A DNA stretch of 64,000 bases from Narcine bancroftii (taxonomy: Eukaryota). Under the pieces are notes generated by a model. That model had not been told where the DNA came from and ran no database searches. It saw only the letters and a list, made by a program, of their open reading frames with translations. Below are positions 39,358 to 51,100 of the stretch, piece by piece (position 1 is the stretch's first letter; each line of letters opens with the position of its first letter). Location: contig NC_091481.1 of NCBI RefSeq assembly GCF_036971445.1, positions 83,390,001-83,454,000 on the forward strand, read 5' to 3'. The translations under genes were made by a program, and so were the position numbers.

Positions 39358-39962
39358 CTAAAATACAGGCATAATGTCTAAAAACTGCATTTTTTCCCCC
39401 AGAAACCGCATGCCAACATTATTCAGGACTTGGCAAAGTGCTGCACAATCAAATGAAGAACTTTGAAATGTATGTATCGCAAGTAGGATAACACAAAAGA
39501 CTGTCCACACCCACAAAGAGCAACGTGGATATAATCTGTATTCGAGATGCTGGCAGACAGGAGAACTCCCCTGCTCTTCTCAAAGAGTTGTGTGATTTCC
39601 TTTGAAAGAAGCACCCTCAACAGTGCTGCTCTCAATCAAGTTCAGCCTGAAACTGAAGTGCCAAATGAAGCAGTGGAGGTGACCTCAGTGAATATATTTA
39701 AGACACTTGCATACTAGGGGAATTAAGGGATATGGGAAAACACAGGCTCATTTCCACGTATCTATCATCAGATCAGGCATGATCTCATTGAATGGCGAAG
39801 CAGGCTCAAAGGCCCGGATGGCCGACTCCTGCACCTATTTCTCGTGTTCTTATGTTCTTTTTACATAGGTGCAAAGATTCACACAAATTGGAAACAATTG
39901 GCGTGCCAAGTGACAAAACAATCAAGAGTAAAATCCATGCCTCTCTCAGGCCTCTTGCTTAC

Positions 39963-40049
39963 TTGTCGCTGAGATTCGTACAAAATACGATCCATAGTGT
40001 TCAGCAGCGTCATCTTCTGATAGAATTTGAGCACCATCTCCTTCGGCAA
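39963..40049 (-). CDS. BCKDHA: BCKDHA exon 3
   Basis: [29 protein letters not shown]; 87 nt. Confidence 0.95.
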
Positions 40050-41449
40050 CTGCAGGAAAAGGGCAGAAAGACTGAGCAGGAGATCTGTGAAATGGGGGAA
40101 ATGCAGTCCAGTGAATAGATAGGGCAAAGCACTGCTTGAGTACAGTACACTTCCTCATAATCCAAAATTCGGTTCAGTGAAAAGTTCTATAATCCAAACT
40201 TTTTTCCCCCCCCAGCGGCGGCACAACATCACAAGTTGAAAATCCTTTTTCGCCCTACATGCTTATGTGGGGGTCTGACACGCTGGTAACAACAGAGCTC
40301 AGAACCAGCCGGGAAGTCAGATGCTGAACGGCTGGATGGAAAATTTATATGATCTGAAAAGAAAGCAAGAGTATACTGCCGTACGGCTGGATGCCGACTC
40401 AGAGAAGCAGGCTGCATCCTCGAACCATCGGTGAACAACTGGAGGAAGTTGGCGGGTCAGGCTGCGCTTGGGGAGATTGTCCTGGTTTCAAATTCATTCC
40501 CTCCCCTCTCGCTTGCCATTTCTTCTTTACCGTCCACTGTACTTGGTTGCCCTGGCATCATCGAGGAGAACAGTCTCCCAGGCAGGAGCAGGGAACGCTT
40601 CGGGGATCAGCGACAGGTGATCCGTTTCCTTCCGTTAACTGATGCCGTTATTTCATTATCTAAGAAATACAGTTAACCGAAAAACGTACGGTCCTAAGCT
40701 TTTCGGATTTGGGGAAACATACTTACTACCAACCCAAGAGTAAGAAGGGTGACTGTGCTACTACCACCCTGAAAATGATAAAGGTACTACAATCTTTAAC
40801 ACTGAAGTCTTGGCAAAAGAACTGGATACAAAGTCACGAGAATCCATACTTTTCCGGGGCAGTGGGAAGGAGGGGGAGGGGTAGGAAATGGACTGTCACA
40901 GAAATAGGGGGCTGAATGACCTCCCTCTACACTCTCATCATTTTCCACTTCCCACTATTGCCAATGTTATCAATGCTGTAACATGGCATCTTTCATCACC
41001 CTAGGACATGCCAAATGCTTGAAAACTTCTGAAGAGCTTCTGCTACCAGCAGCACAAGAAATTTGGCAACTATTTTGTGATCAGTGGCTGGATGCCATTG
41101 CTTTTTTGGGCAGCAGTTATTGTAACGGTTTGCATAACACCTATAGAGCACCAGCGATCGGGACTGGGGTTCAAATCCCACACTGTCTGTAAGGACTTTG
41201 TACATTCTCCCTGCTTCTGCACGAGTTTTCCCTGGGGGCTTTGCTTTCCTCTCACTATTCAAAATGTACCGGGGGGCGGGGGGGGAAATTGCTTAATTGG
41301 GTGTAAATCGGGCAGCACGGACTCGTGGGCTGAAATGGCCTGTTGTTGTACTGTATGTCTAAATTTAATTTTTTTACTGAGGAAGAACAGATTACTGTTA
41401 AATTCCAATAGTCTGGAGTATCTAGACAATGTTTATGAAAACTTACATT

Positions 41450-41656
41450 CAGTAAAATCCACGGAATCTGGCACCTTTGGGGATTGGTAGATGGCAGGTA
41501 AGTGAATTTACCGGTTGCTTGAGATTACGGGCTCTGTGGATTGGCTGACTGCTGGGGGTGGGGAGGTAATTTTAAACTTCCATATATTTTACCTATTTAT
41601 TTTCCACAATTTTTTTTTGCCATTTGCTTGAATTTCAGATAACACGGATTTTACTG
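41450..41656. mobile_element. pogo/Tigger-like MITE (family also at 43626 and 56078)
   Basis: TIRs CAGTAAAATCC and GGATTTTACTG; internal GGGATTGGTAGATG shared with the other copies. Confidence 0.55.
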
Positions 41657-42700
41657 CGATACAAAATATCTAGACGAGCACTTGGAGCCAAGAGCTAGAC
41701 AATGGGATGTACGTGGACAGGGGTCCAATGAGCAGCCTGCTTCCGAACAGCACGTGGTCCTGGATCAGCTGTTTCTTTTGACGGACCAACATGAGGGCGC
41801 CAAGACTCCACTGTGGCTGAATGGGTTCTATTTTGGGGACACAAAGGCGGTGGCGGACCCGGTGATTGAGGTGAGCACAGACCTGGAGTTATTTACTTCT
41901 GACTTGCGCCCATTACGGTGTTCACCTGTACGATCCGAGCACCAATTGTATTTCTTGAAATTTAGAACAATGAGGCATGATCTTTGCCAATACGTGTGTG
42001 TATTCCTCTTTGAGCGGTAAATCTAAGGGGAAATTGATGAGAATGTGGAGAGAGTAGTCAGATTAGTATAACTGGGTGGTTGATGGTTAGTACAGACTCA
42101 TTGGGCCAATGGGTCTGTTTCGATACTGAATGGCTATGATTCTACAAGAACCTGAAGGAAATTCTTCTCTCAGAGGTTTGTGAATCTCTGGAACCTTCAA
42201 GCCTGGAGAGTTGTGGAGGTGAGGTTAATGATGTAGGTAAGTTGTTAGAGGTAGGCTGAACTGCAAAAGAAGGGGAATTGAAGGCTTACATAGACCAGTT
42301 ATGATCATACTGAATAGACAGGCAGTCTTGAGAAGCCAGGTTGCCTTTTCCAGCTCTTAGTTCTAAGAGGGAATGGAATGCAACAATCTCTCCACACCAA
42401 CTGTCTTCTTTTTCCCCTCTCCTGCCCAAATTCCTACTTGACATCTATTGCAAGCTCTTCACAAGTCAACAATCCTTGCCCTTAATAACCATCCTCTTCC
42501 CTAAACCACCACTGAGCATGGTCAAGCCAAACAGGAATTACCTTCCACACCACAGCACACAAGGGCAAAGGCAGTTGTCTGCATCCAGCTCGCTGCCAAT
42601 ATCAGAAACGACTGGCCACCTAGACTCGGATTATTCTTTGTAAGGATGTTTCAAAATGGCAGCAAGGCACAGTTTTGATTTTGGATAGGACAGGACAAAC

Positions 42701-42877
42701 CTTGGGGTCTTCATCTGGGTTCATGATCTGTCCCTGTCGGTCCATGACCCGATAGATGGGAATACCGGATATCACGTTGGGCTGAATAAACTCCAGCCTG
42801 TCCACAAACTCTGCGGAGGCCCCTGGGAACTGGGGCTTCTCATCCAAGGATGTGAACTGTTGATGATGAACTGCATG
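42701..42877 (-). CDS. BCKDHA: BCKDHA exon 2
   Basis: [59 protein letters not shown]; 177 nt. Confidence 0.93.
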
Positions 42878-42939
42878 CTAAAGATTTAAAAAAAAAATGC
42901 AACGTCAAGAATCCTGATAACAACAAACACAAACAATAT

Positions 42940-43170
42940 GGTTGGCACAGTCATTATTGCAACGCTATTGCAGCATCAGCGAGCCCAGGTTCGAATCCGG
43001 CACTGTCCGTAAGGAGTTTGTACAATTCTCCCTGTCTGTTCCTCTGGTTTCCTCCCTTACTCTTCCAAAACGTACCACGGTCATAGGTGAATTGGAGTAT
43101 TTGGGTGGGACGGACCCGTGGATCAGAAGGGCCTGTTGCTGTGCGTATGTCTCAATTAAATTTAAATTAA
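42940..43170 (+). mobile_element. tRNA-derived V-SINE/HE1-like element (representative; similar copies near 27950, 28740, 31230, 41110, 49400, 54640, 56340, 62770)
   Basis: B-box GGTTCGAATCC followed by a V-domain-like GTAAGGAGTTTGTAC..TTCTCCC and a TTAAA-type tail. Confidence 0.65.
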
Positions 43171-43625
43171 CAGGTGAGCAGTGGTGTCACTGATGGTGGA
43201 ATAGCTCCCAATGCTCTTTCAGCTTATACATAGAGAAACACTATTCCTTATTTGCAGGGACAAGTTGGCAGCTATAGAATCAGATTTTGCTTTCTGCAGC
43301 GGAACAAATGCAAGTCGGAAATGAATGATGCTTAAAATCAGTAACAACCTACAGTTTACAACAGTTAAAGACTGGAAAAACTCAGCGAGTCAGGTCACGT
43401 CCACGTGAAGATAACCAGTTAACATTTTAGGTTGAAGACTTTTTGCAGCAGTTAGCCACGCCTGCCTCAGTTTCTGGCTCTCTGTAACTTGCACAAATCA
43501 CAAGCCTGTCAGGCCAATCTGTAATTTTCCTGCCGTCCTTTCACATCTAAATTTATTAGCATCATCTTCAACTTTATCCTCCTTCATGTGCTTGCCCATT
43601 CTCTCCTTAAGTGTATTTGTAAATA

Positions 43626-44207
43626 CAGTAAACCCCTGGTATCCAACACCCATAGGGATTGGTAGATGCCAGTTAAGTGTATTTTACAGTTACTTGTGTA
43701 TTAAGAATAAACAGTTTACAAAAGCCACTGAACAAACTTTACTTGCATGAATATACAAGTCTTAAAGCATTTTACTTTATTTTCAGTCACAGTATCTGCA
43801 GGTTCCTCCCCCTCCACGAAGCCGCTCGAAAGACAAAAAACATTACAGATTGTTACCCCTCCCTGAAGTTTACAGATAAAGCCTCTGACCAGGGTGACTC
43901 TTACTAAGCAGGGATAAGGAGACACTTCAAGAGAGTCACCCCAACGGCAGCTCTTCGCCCTGGATAACACCATTGCTGTTTCACACAACTTTATTTAAAC
44001 AGCTGCTACGAGCAAAGCCCGACCAAGGCTAAATATTTGCTCCCATCTTCACCAAAGGTTTATTTGTTATTTCAGAGAACATTTACTTTTAAACTTGTAT
44101 TTTTTAACCCATTATTTTATTCTTATTTATTTTATTTTTCCAACATTCATTTTCCTTGATTTTTTTTTTTGCTGGTTGCTTGAATTCCAGATACCAGGGG
44201 TTTTACC
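43626..44207. mobile_element. pogo/Tigger-like MITE
   Basis: TA|CAGTAAACCCCTGGTATC ... GATACCAGGGGTTTTAC terminal inverted repeats. Confidence 0.6.
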
Positions 44208-45570
44208 TCTTTGCAATCTCTAGATATAAAGAGGTTTCTTTTGATGTTTCCTTTGTGGAAATTGTGGCTATTCTTTAAGAAAAATGCATTTTTAGATTTT
44301 TCTGCCAAGTCATCCTTTACCCTATCTTTTCCCCTCAAGAGAAAAGGGACCCAGTCATGATGATTAATGTACTAGGTGGATAGGAACACAATGTTTGTCC
44401 AAAATTATCAGAAGTGATTTGGTACCTGGTCATTAGTGTGCTCACTAAATGATCTGCCCTTGAACAAGGTTATCCAATCCTGATGCCGCCTGGTTGGAGA
44501 CTACTCAATAAAGGGCTTCAGTCTACAAGAGGTGGTGACTTAAGAAAGCAGCCTCAATCCTTAAGGACCCTCACCACCCCAGCCATGCCCTCTTCACTCT
44601 GCTACCATAAGGAAGGTACACACACAACAGTACAAAAACAACTTCTTCCCCTCTGTCATAAGATTTCTGAATGGGACAATGAACAATTGACACTACCTCA
44701 CCTTCTCTTATTTTTGCACTAATTTATTTTTAAATGTAGTAATATCTGCATTGTAATGCTTCTGCAAAACAACAAAATCTTGTGACATGTTTATGACATT
44801 AAATTCTGATTCTTTTTCTCCCATTGAACCCATGAGTTCTTCCAGTAAATACTACTTAGCCTTGCAAAACACCCTTAACCCTGGAACTCTCATAAATTCC
44901 ATCAAGTCTCTCCTCAGCCAGTGAGAACAACCTGAAGTTTGTCCAATCTCTCCTTATGGCTCTAATGCAGCCAGAGTCCTGGTCCATCTCTTCTGTGCCT
45001 TTTCCAAGGCCTCCTGTAATGGGCCAACCAGGATTGCACACAATGTCCTGTTGGTATTTCAAGTGTTTTCTTTTTCCATTTTTTTTCTTGTACCGACAGT
45101 GTGTCATTTAAATTCACCTCATCTTCCATCTGGGCATCCTCCAACCAGATGGCATTAACAATGATTTCTCGGATTTCAGTTTAATCCGGCCCCCCACCTC
45201 CTTTTGTGTGTCACCTTTCCCCCAGCTCTGTCTCTCTCTGCCTTCCCTTTCACAGAGCCAAAATTAATTCTCACGTTTCCTCTTATATTCAATTAACATC
45301 TTTTGTTGGCCCTGCTAGTTTTCAGTCTTCACTAAAAACACAACCCTAACACTTCACTGCATTTGCATTAAAACACCACAGCTCTCAAAATGTGCCCACA
45401 TCAAACACACTGCAACGTAACCAACAAAGTAAATTAGTTTTAGTAATGGCTCGGAATAAATATACATTGGTATATGATAAATACTTCAATGAAGGGCTCA
45501 AGCCTGGACTGTTGGTTTATGCATCTTTATTTTTGCTATACAGTATAAACACCTGATAGTCTGCATACGC

Positions 45571-45767
45571 CTTCCGATCTCAGAAGCTAAGCAGGCTCAG
45601 GGTTGATCAGTCCTTGGAGGGAAACCACCTAGGAACACTAGGTGCTGTAAGTTTCTGTGAGGGGCGCTGGACAAAGTGGTGACTCTATCTACCTTACCGT
45701 TGTCAAAAGTCAAAGAACTTCATTCTAAATGTAGTATTACATGACAATAATGAAATCTTTACCTTTA
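45571..45767 (+). mobile_element. 5S rRNA-derived SINE-like insert (SINE3 type) or 5S pseudogene with an appended tail
   Basis: CCGATCTCAGAAGCTAAGCAGG...TTGGAGGGAAACCACCTAGGAACACTAGGTGCTGTAAGTTT matches the 3' two-thirds of 5S rRNA, followed by ~110 nt ending TGACAATAATGAAATCTTTACCTTT. Confidence 0.7.
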
Positions 45768-46017
45768 AGTTCACTGTTTGACCACCTGAGTTTCTCCTGC
45801 ATTGTGTTTTTACTATAATCATTATATCTGCAGACTTTAAATGTTTTACTTCAGCCTTCTGGTTTCCAACCCCCAAAATCTCCCCCCCCCCTCCCCCCAC
45901 CATCTTCTTTCTTCTTGTCCTCTCTTCCCTTGTCCCTGTCTCCTCTCAGAGCCAAAATCAATTCTCGCTTTTCCTCTTACATCCAATTGACACCTTTCAG
46001 ACCCATTCTTCTGCCTT

Positions 46018-46500
46018 CCAACCCCCTCCACCTCCCCCCACCTTCTCCCCACCCCCCCCTCTCCCCACCCCCCTCCTCTCCCCACCCCCCCCTCTCCCCA
46101 CCCCCCCTCTCCCCACCCCCCCTCCTCTCCCACCCCCCTCCTCTCCCCACCCCCCCCCTCTCCCCACCCCCCCCTCTCCCCACCCCCCCCTCTCCCCACC
46201 CCCCTCCTCTCCCCACCCCCCCCCTCTCCCCACCCCCCCCTCTCCCCACCCCCCCCTCTCCCCACCCCCCTCCTCTCCCCACCCCCCCCTCTCCCCACCC
46301 CCCCCTCTCCCCACCCCCCTCCTCTCCCCACCCCCCCCTCTCCCCACCCCCCCCTCTCCCCACCCCCCCCTCTCCCCACCCCCCCCCTCCCCACCCCCCC
46401 CCTCTCCCCACCCCCCTCCTCTCCCCACCCCCCTCCTCTCCCCACCCCCCCCTCTCCCCACCCCCCCCTCTCCCCACCCCCCTCCTTCACCCCCTCCCTC
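46018..46500. repeat. C-rich tandem repeat (~15-18-bp unit, CTCTCCCCAC plus a C run) in BCKDHA intron 1
   Basis: Direct reading; G-rich on the BCKDHA sense strand. Confidence 0.95.
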
Positions 46501-46554
46501 ATCCATCCCCCCTTCCGTCTCCCACCCCGACTTCCGTCTCCCACCCCGACTTAC

Positions 46555-46659
46555 ACTGCAGGCCAGAGTGCGCCGAGCGCCGGCCGTGAGGGAGTTACAG
46601 CTGCTCAGACACCGCCTGAGGCCGCGCCACCCTCGACCCAGTTGCCTGACCGCCGCCAT
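46555..46659 (-). CDS. BCKDHA: BCKDHA exon 1 (mitochondrial transit peptide)
   Basis: aagATGG start; MAAVRQLGRGWRGLRRCLSSCNSLTAGARRTLACS is Arg-rich with no acidic residues; GTAAGT donor; the nine exons sum to 1332 nt (443 aa plus stop). Confidence 0.88.
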
Positions 46660-47324
46660 CTTCACTGCCTGTCTTGGCTACTGCCTGATCCACACAGTCA
46701 CCCTCCACCAACCCCTCCCACCTCGGGGAACAGACCAACACCCGCTCTCACCGGCTCCCCGCAAGAATTGAATAATCAAATAGTAAATAACTCGGGAGGG
46801 GAGGAAACTCCCTGCAAAACCACGCAGGCGGGAGTTAGCCCCCTGCGAGACGCCGCGTGGTGGCCCGCCTCCCGCTCACACCAATTGGCTAACACCTGGA
46901 GGTCATCGGAGCTGATTGGTGGGAAGGGCCCGACGGTCGCGGAGCTGATTGGTGGGAAGCGCCCGACGGTCGCGAAACTGATTGGTGGGAAGGGCCCGAC
47001 GGTCGCGAAGCTGATTGGTGGGAAGCGCCCGACGGTCGCGGAGCTGATTGGTGAGAAGCGCCCGACGGTCGCGGACCTGATTGGTGGGAAGCGCCCGACG
47101 GTCGCGAAGCTGATTGGTGGGAAGCGCCCGACGGTCGCGAAACTGATTGGTGGGAAGCGCCTGTCGGTCGCGGAGCTGATTGGTGGGAAGCGCCCGACGG
47201 TCGCGGACCTGATTGGTGGGAAGGGCCCGTCGGTCGCGAAGCTGATTGGTGGGAAGCGCCCGACGGTCGCGAAACTGATTGGTGGGAAGGGCCCGACGGT
47301 CGCGGAGAAGTGACGTAGCCCAAC
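46660..47324. promoter_or_regulatory. CpG-rich bidirectional promoter of BCKDHA and EXOSC5
   Basis: Divergent ATGs separated by 665 bp; CpG-dense; GC-box-like CCCGCCTCC, CCAATTGG palindrome at 46881, TGACGT at 47311; human BCKDHA and EXOSC5 are also head-to-head. Confidence 0.85.
46909..47304. repeat. 12 x 33-bp tandem array, each unit with a CTGATTGG CCAAT box
   Basis: Unit GAGCTGATTGGTGGGAAG(C/G)GCCCGACGGTCGCG; 12 units counted from the 11-aa repeats in ORF 46642-47313. Confidence 0.95.
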
Positions 47325-47421
47325 ATGGAGGTGGAAGGGGCTGAGGTGCGGACGTTGCGGCCGTTCGGTTGCGAGCATGGCCTGCTGTCCCGGTCCGACG
47401 GCTCGGCCTCCTTCACGCAAG
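47325..47421 (+). CDS. EXOSC5: Exosome complex component RRP46, exon 1
   Basis: MEVEGAEVRTLRPFGCEHGLLSRSDGSASFTQ(G), matching the RNase PH-like LSRxDGSA motif; donor G|GTGGGT. Confidence 0.9.
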
Positions 47422-47489
47422 GTGGGTCCCCGGCCTGGTGTTCGTCCCTGACGCTGTGTTGCTTACGGCGCTGTTTCTTCGTCCTGGAG

Positions 47490-48912
47490 GCCCCCCCCTC
47501 GGCCTCCACCCCCCCTCCCTCGGCCTCCACCCCCCCTCCCTCGGCCTCCACCCCCCCCTCCCTCGGCCTCCACCCCCCCCTCCCTCGGCCTCCACCCCCC
47601 CTCCCTCGGCCTCCACCCCCCCCCTCCCTCGGCCTCCACCCCCCCCTCCCTCGGCCTCCACCCCCCCCTCCCTCGGCCTCCACCCCCCCCTCCCTCGGCC
47701 TCCACCCCCCCCTCCCTCGGCCTCCACCCCCCCTCCCTCGGCCTCCACCCCCCCCCTCCCTCGGCCTCCACCCCCCCCCTCCCTCGGCCTCCACCCCCCC
47801 CTCCCTCGGCCTCCACCCCCCCCTCCCTCGGCCTCCACCCCCCCCTCCCTCGGCCTCCACCCCCCCCTCCCTCGGCCTCCACCCCCCCTCCCTCGGCCTC
47901 CACCCCCCCCTCCCTCGGCCTCCACCCCCCCCTCCCTCGGCCTCCACCCCCCCTCCCTCGGCCTCCACCCCCCCTCCCTCGGCCTCCACCCCCCCTCCCT
48001 CGGCCTCCACCCCCCCTCCCTCGGCCTCCACCCCCCCCTCCCTCGGCCTCCACCCCCCCCTCCCTCGGCCTCCACCCCCCCCTCCCTCGGCCTCCACCCC
48101 CCCCTCCCTCGGCCTCCACCCCCCCCTCCCTCGGCCACCACCCCCCCCTCCCTCGGCCTCCACCCCCCCCTCCCTCGGCCTCCACCCCCCCCTCCCTCGG
48201 CCTCCACCCCCCCCTCCCTCGGCCTCCACCCCCCCCTCCCTCGGCCTCCACCCCCCCCTCCCTCGGCCTCCACCCCCCCCTCCCTCGGCCTCCACCCCCC
48301 CCTCCCTCGGCCTCCACCCCCCCCCCCTCGGCCTCCACCCCCCCCTCCCTCGGCCTCCACCCCCCCCTCCCTCGGCCTCCACCCCCCCCTCCCTCGGCCT
48401 CCACCCCCCCTCCCTCGGCCTCCCACCCCCCCCTCCCTCGGCCTCCACCCCCCCCTCCCTCGGCCTCCACCCCCCCCTCCCTCGGCCTCCACCCCCCCCT
48501 CCCTCGGCCTCCACCCCCCCCTCCCTCGGCCTCCACCCCCCCTCCCTCGGCCTCCACCCCCCCTCCCTCGGCCTCCACCCCCCCCTCCCTCGGCCTCCAC
48601 CCCCCCCTCCCTCGGCCTCCACCCCCCCCTCCCTCGGCCTCCACCCCCCCCTCCCTCGGCCTCCACCCCCCCCTCCCTCGGCCTCCACCCCCCCTCCCTC
48701 GGCCTCCACCCCCCCCTCCCTCGGCCTCCACCCCCCCCTCCCTCGGCCTCCACCCCCCCCTCCCTCGGCCTCCACCCCCCCCTCCCTCGGCCTCCACCCC
48801 CCCCTCCCTCGGCCTCCACCCCCCCCTCCCTCGGCCTCCACCCCCCCCCTCCCTCGGCCTCCACCCCCCCCCTCCCTCGGCCTCCACCCCCCCCCCTCCC
48901 TCGGCCTCCACC
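47490..48912. repeat. C-rich minisatellite (~21-23-bp unit CTCCCTCGGCCTCCA plus a C run, ~65 copies) in EXOSC5 intron 1
   Basis: Direct reading; explains the Pro- and Gly-rich spurious ORFs. Confidence 0.95.
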
Positions 48913-49122
48913 TTCTCTGTTTCCCAGGACAAGCACTTTGGTTAAGTGGTGGATGAGAACAACGTGGGAAGAGCAAAGTCTTCACAGATGAGGTGCTAGA
49001 TTCCATATGGTGGTCTGTGAGATGATGCACTCCTTGTACTGTTCACACACACCCTGAGCTCCCAACACTTGAATTCCTCAGGATGATTCCTCCACTTTGA
49101 GTGGGAACAGACCAAAGATTCA

Positions 49123-49322
49123 NNNNNNNNNNNNNNNNNNNNNNNNNNNNNNNNNNNNNNNNNNNNNNNNNNNNNNNNNNNNNNNNNNNNNNNNNNNNNN
49201 NNNNNNNNNNNNNNNNNNNNNNNNNNNNNNNNNNNNNNNNNNNNNNNNNNNNNNNNNNNNNNNNNNNNNNNNNNNNNNNNNNNNNNNNNNNNNNNNNNNN
49301 NNNNNNNNNNNNNNNNNNNNNN
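49123..49322. other. Assembly gap (200 N)
   Basis: Run of N; the round number suggests a scaffolding gap of unknown true size. Confidence 0.99.
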
Positions 49323-50978
49323 TAATTCACACTCAGGAAAAATATATTTCCTTGAGAAGTCCAAGGCAGAGCAAAAATTTAATGGAGCTCTCAAACATAC
49401 AGCACAGTAACAGGCCCTTTCAGCCCATGCTGCCCAATGTCACCCAAGTGAACTTCCACACCCCCTGGTACATTTTGAATGGTGGGAGGAAACCCACTCA
49501 GACTGGGGAGAACCTACAAACTCCTTACAGCGTCAGATTCGAATCCCGGTCACTGGCACTGTGTCAGCGTTATGCTAACCACGCTGAAGGGGTAGAGCAA
49601 CCATTCTCAACCTTTTTTTGCCCCTTCCCTCCTCTCCCACCCCCGCCACCGAGGACTCTGCTTAGTTGATGGGCCCCTTCCCTGCGAAGCAGTCAAGTTT
49701 TGGTTTGCTCCATACTTCTCTCCTACCGATTACATTATAAAAAATGTATATTTATGTTACATGAGGTGTGTCATGACATGGGCTGATCACTTGTGTAATT
49801 ATAAAAGAATCTGTTGTTACTTATTTGGTATAAGGCACATGCTTCCATTAAGCGCTGTATGTCTGAGGAAGGCTTTGCTTGTAAGTCCTTTTATTTCTTT
49901 ATATTTTGTGTGTGTAAAAAAAAAAAAAAAAAAACATTAATAAGCATGTGAAATTAGCAGTTTGTATCAATTTGTAGCTGTTCATTGTATACCATGTATT
50001 TCGGCGTAAGTCCACCTTCAGATAAGTCGGGTCTCCATTTTCAGACTTATTTTCATAGTTTTATCATATCAGGCATATAAGTTGAACCCCCCCCCCCCCC
50101 ACCAAATCGTGTTGATTGAGCTGTTGGGCATTGCTGGAAGGTGGCTGTTATGGAGCCTCCAGCAAAACTTGGAAAGTATGAAGCGAGTTTTATGTTAAAA
50201 ATAATAGTCCAAGAACTGGGCTGTAAGAAAATTTGTTGTAGGTTGGGTTTTTTTTGGTGTTCCACGAGTCATCTTATACGACAAATCTATGAATACTGTT
50301 TTTTAGTTGAATTTAAGGTCTCATTTTTATATCTGGTGTATAACCACCCCTGATTTTTTTAGGGTTTCAAAACTCAAAATGTGTAAATATATATATTATA
50401 TATATATGGCAATTATGACAGCATTTTGTTGTTTTGTATGAGCCATGTGCTCCAAGGTTGTTACAGAGCTTCATTTATTTGTGTTGCAGTTTACAGTTAA
50501 AGAGTCAGATCTGTACAATTGTTCAGAACAAGGATTTGAAGTTTAAAAAAAAATGAACTATGCTCTTGCCTCCTTTTCTGAGAGTTAGGGATCTGTAGGT
50601 GAAATACACACTGAAGACAGAATAAGGTGTAAAGAAAAGAAATCTGCTTTTACTTGGGTAAATATGCTGGGATGGGGGAGGGGGTGGTGTTGGGCCCCTG
50701 TTGAGAATGGCTGGATTAGTGCATTGGGCATGTACAGTGCAAAAACAGGCCTTTTAGTCCACCCAGTCCATGTCGACCATCATTCAGGCTATTCTCATTT
50801 TATTGGCTTCTTTTATCACCACAGGTGTCTTTTTGTTAGTTCTGGAATTTGTCAAGTTCCAGGTGATGTTGATCTGAATTCTCTAGGACTAGACTGGATC
50901 TTGGTGCTGTGCCTGTGGCTGCCCTTTGCTCAAGTTTAGGTTAAGAATGTTGCCTAACGTCACGTGTCTTCATCAAAG

Positions 50979-51100
50979 GTGTTGCAGAGAAGAGCAAGGA
51001 GCAACTGATTCGAAACACCTGTGAAGCCACGGTTCTGACTACCCTGCACCCACGATCCTCCATCACAGTCATCCTGCAGGTCATCCATGATTCCGGATCT
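50979..51100 (+). CDS. EXOSC5: EXOSC5 exon 3
   Basis: (G)[40 protein letters not shown]; 122 nt; followed by a GTATCCT donor. Confidence 0.92.

Noticed and set aside
45571-45654. Functional 5S rRNA gene
   Set aside because: The 5' third is missing, there are many substitutions, no tandem array, and it lies inside another repeat.
46642-47313. 223-aa ORF with 11-aa repeats (ELIGGKRPTVA)
   Set aside because: Non-ATG start, open on both strands because the unit is 33 bp, and located in the promoter; better explained as a DNA-motif array.
48918-48956. Strong acceptor (ttctctgtttcccag) as a candidate EXOSC5 exon 2
   Set aside because: The in-phase translation hits TGA after 9 codons and has no Rrp46 similarity.
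45846-49030. Long Pro- or Gly-rich ORFs (166-713 aa) in several frames
   Set aside because: They are stop-free translations of C/G tandem repeats; only the short BCKDHA and EXOSC5 first exons within them are coding.
49016-49060. Possible C/D-box snoRNA (GATGATG...CTGA)
   Set aside because: Imperfect C box, too short, no convincing terminal stem.
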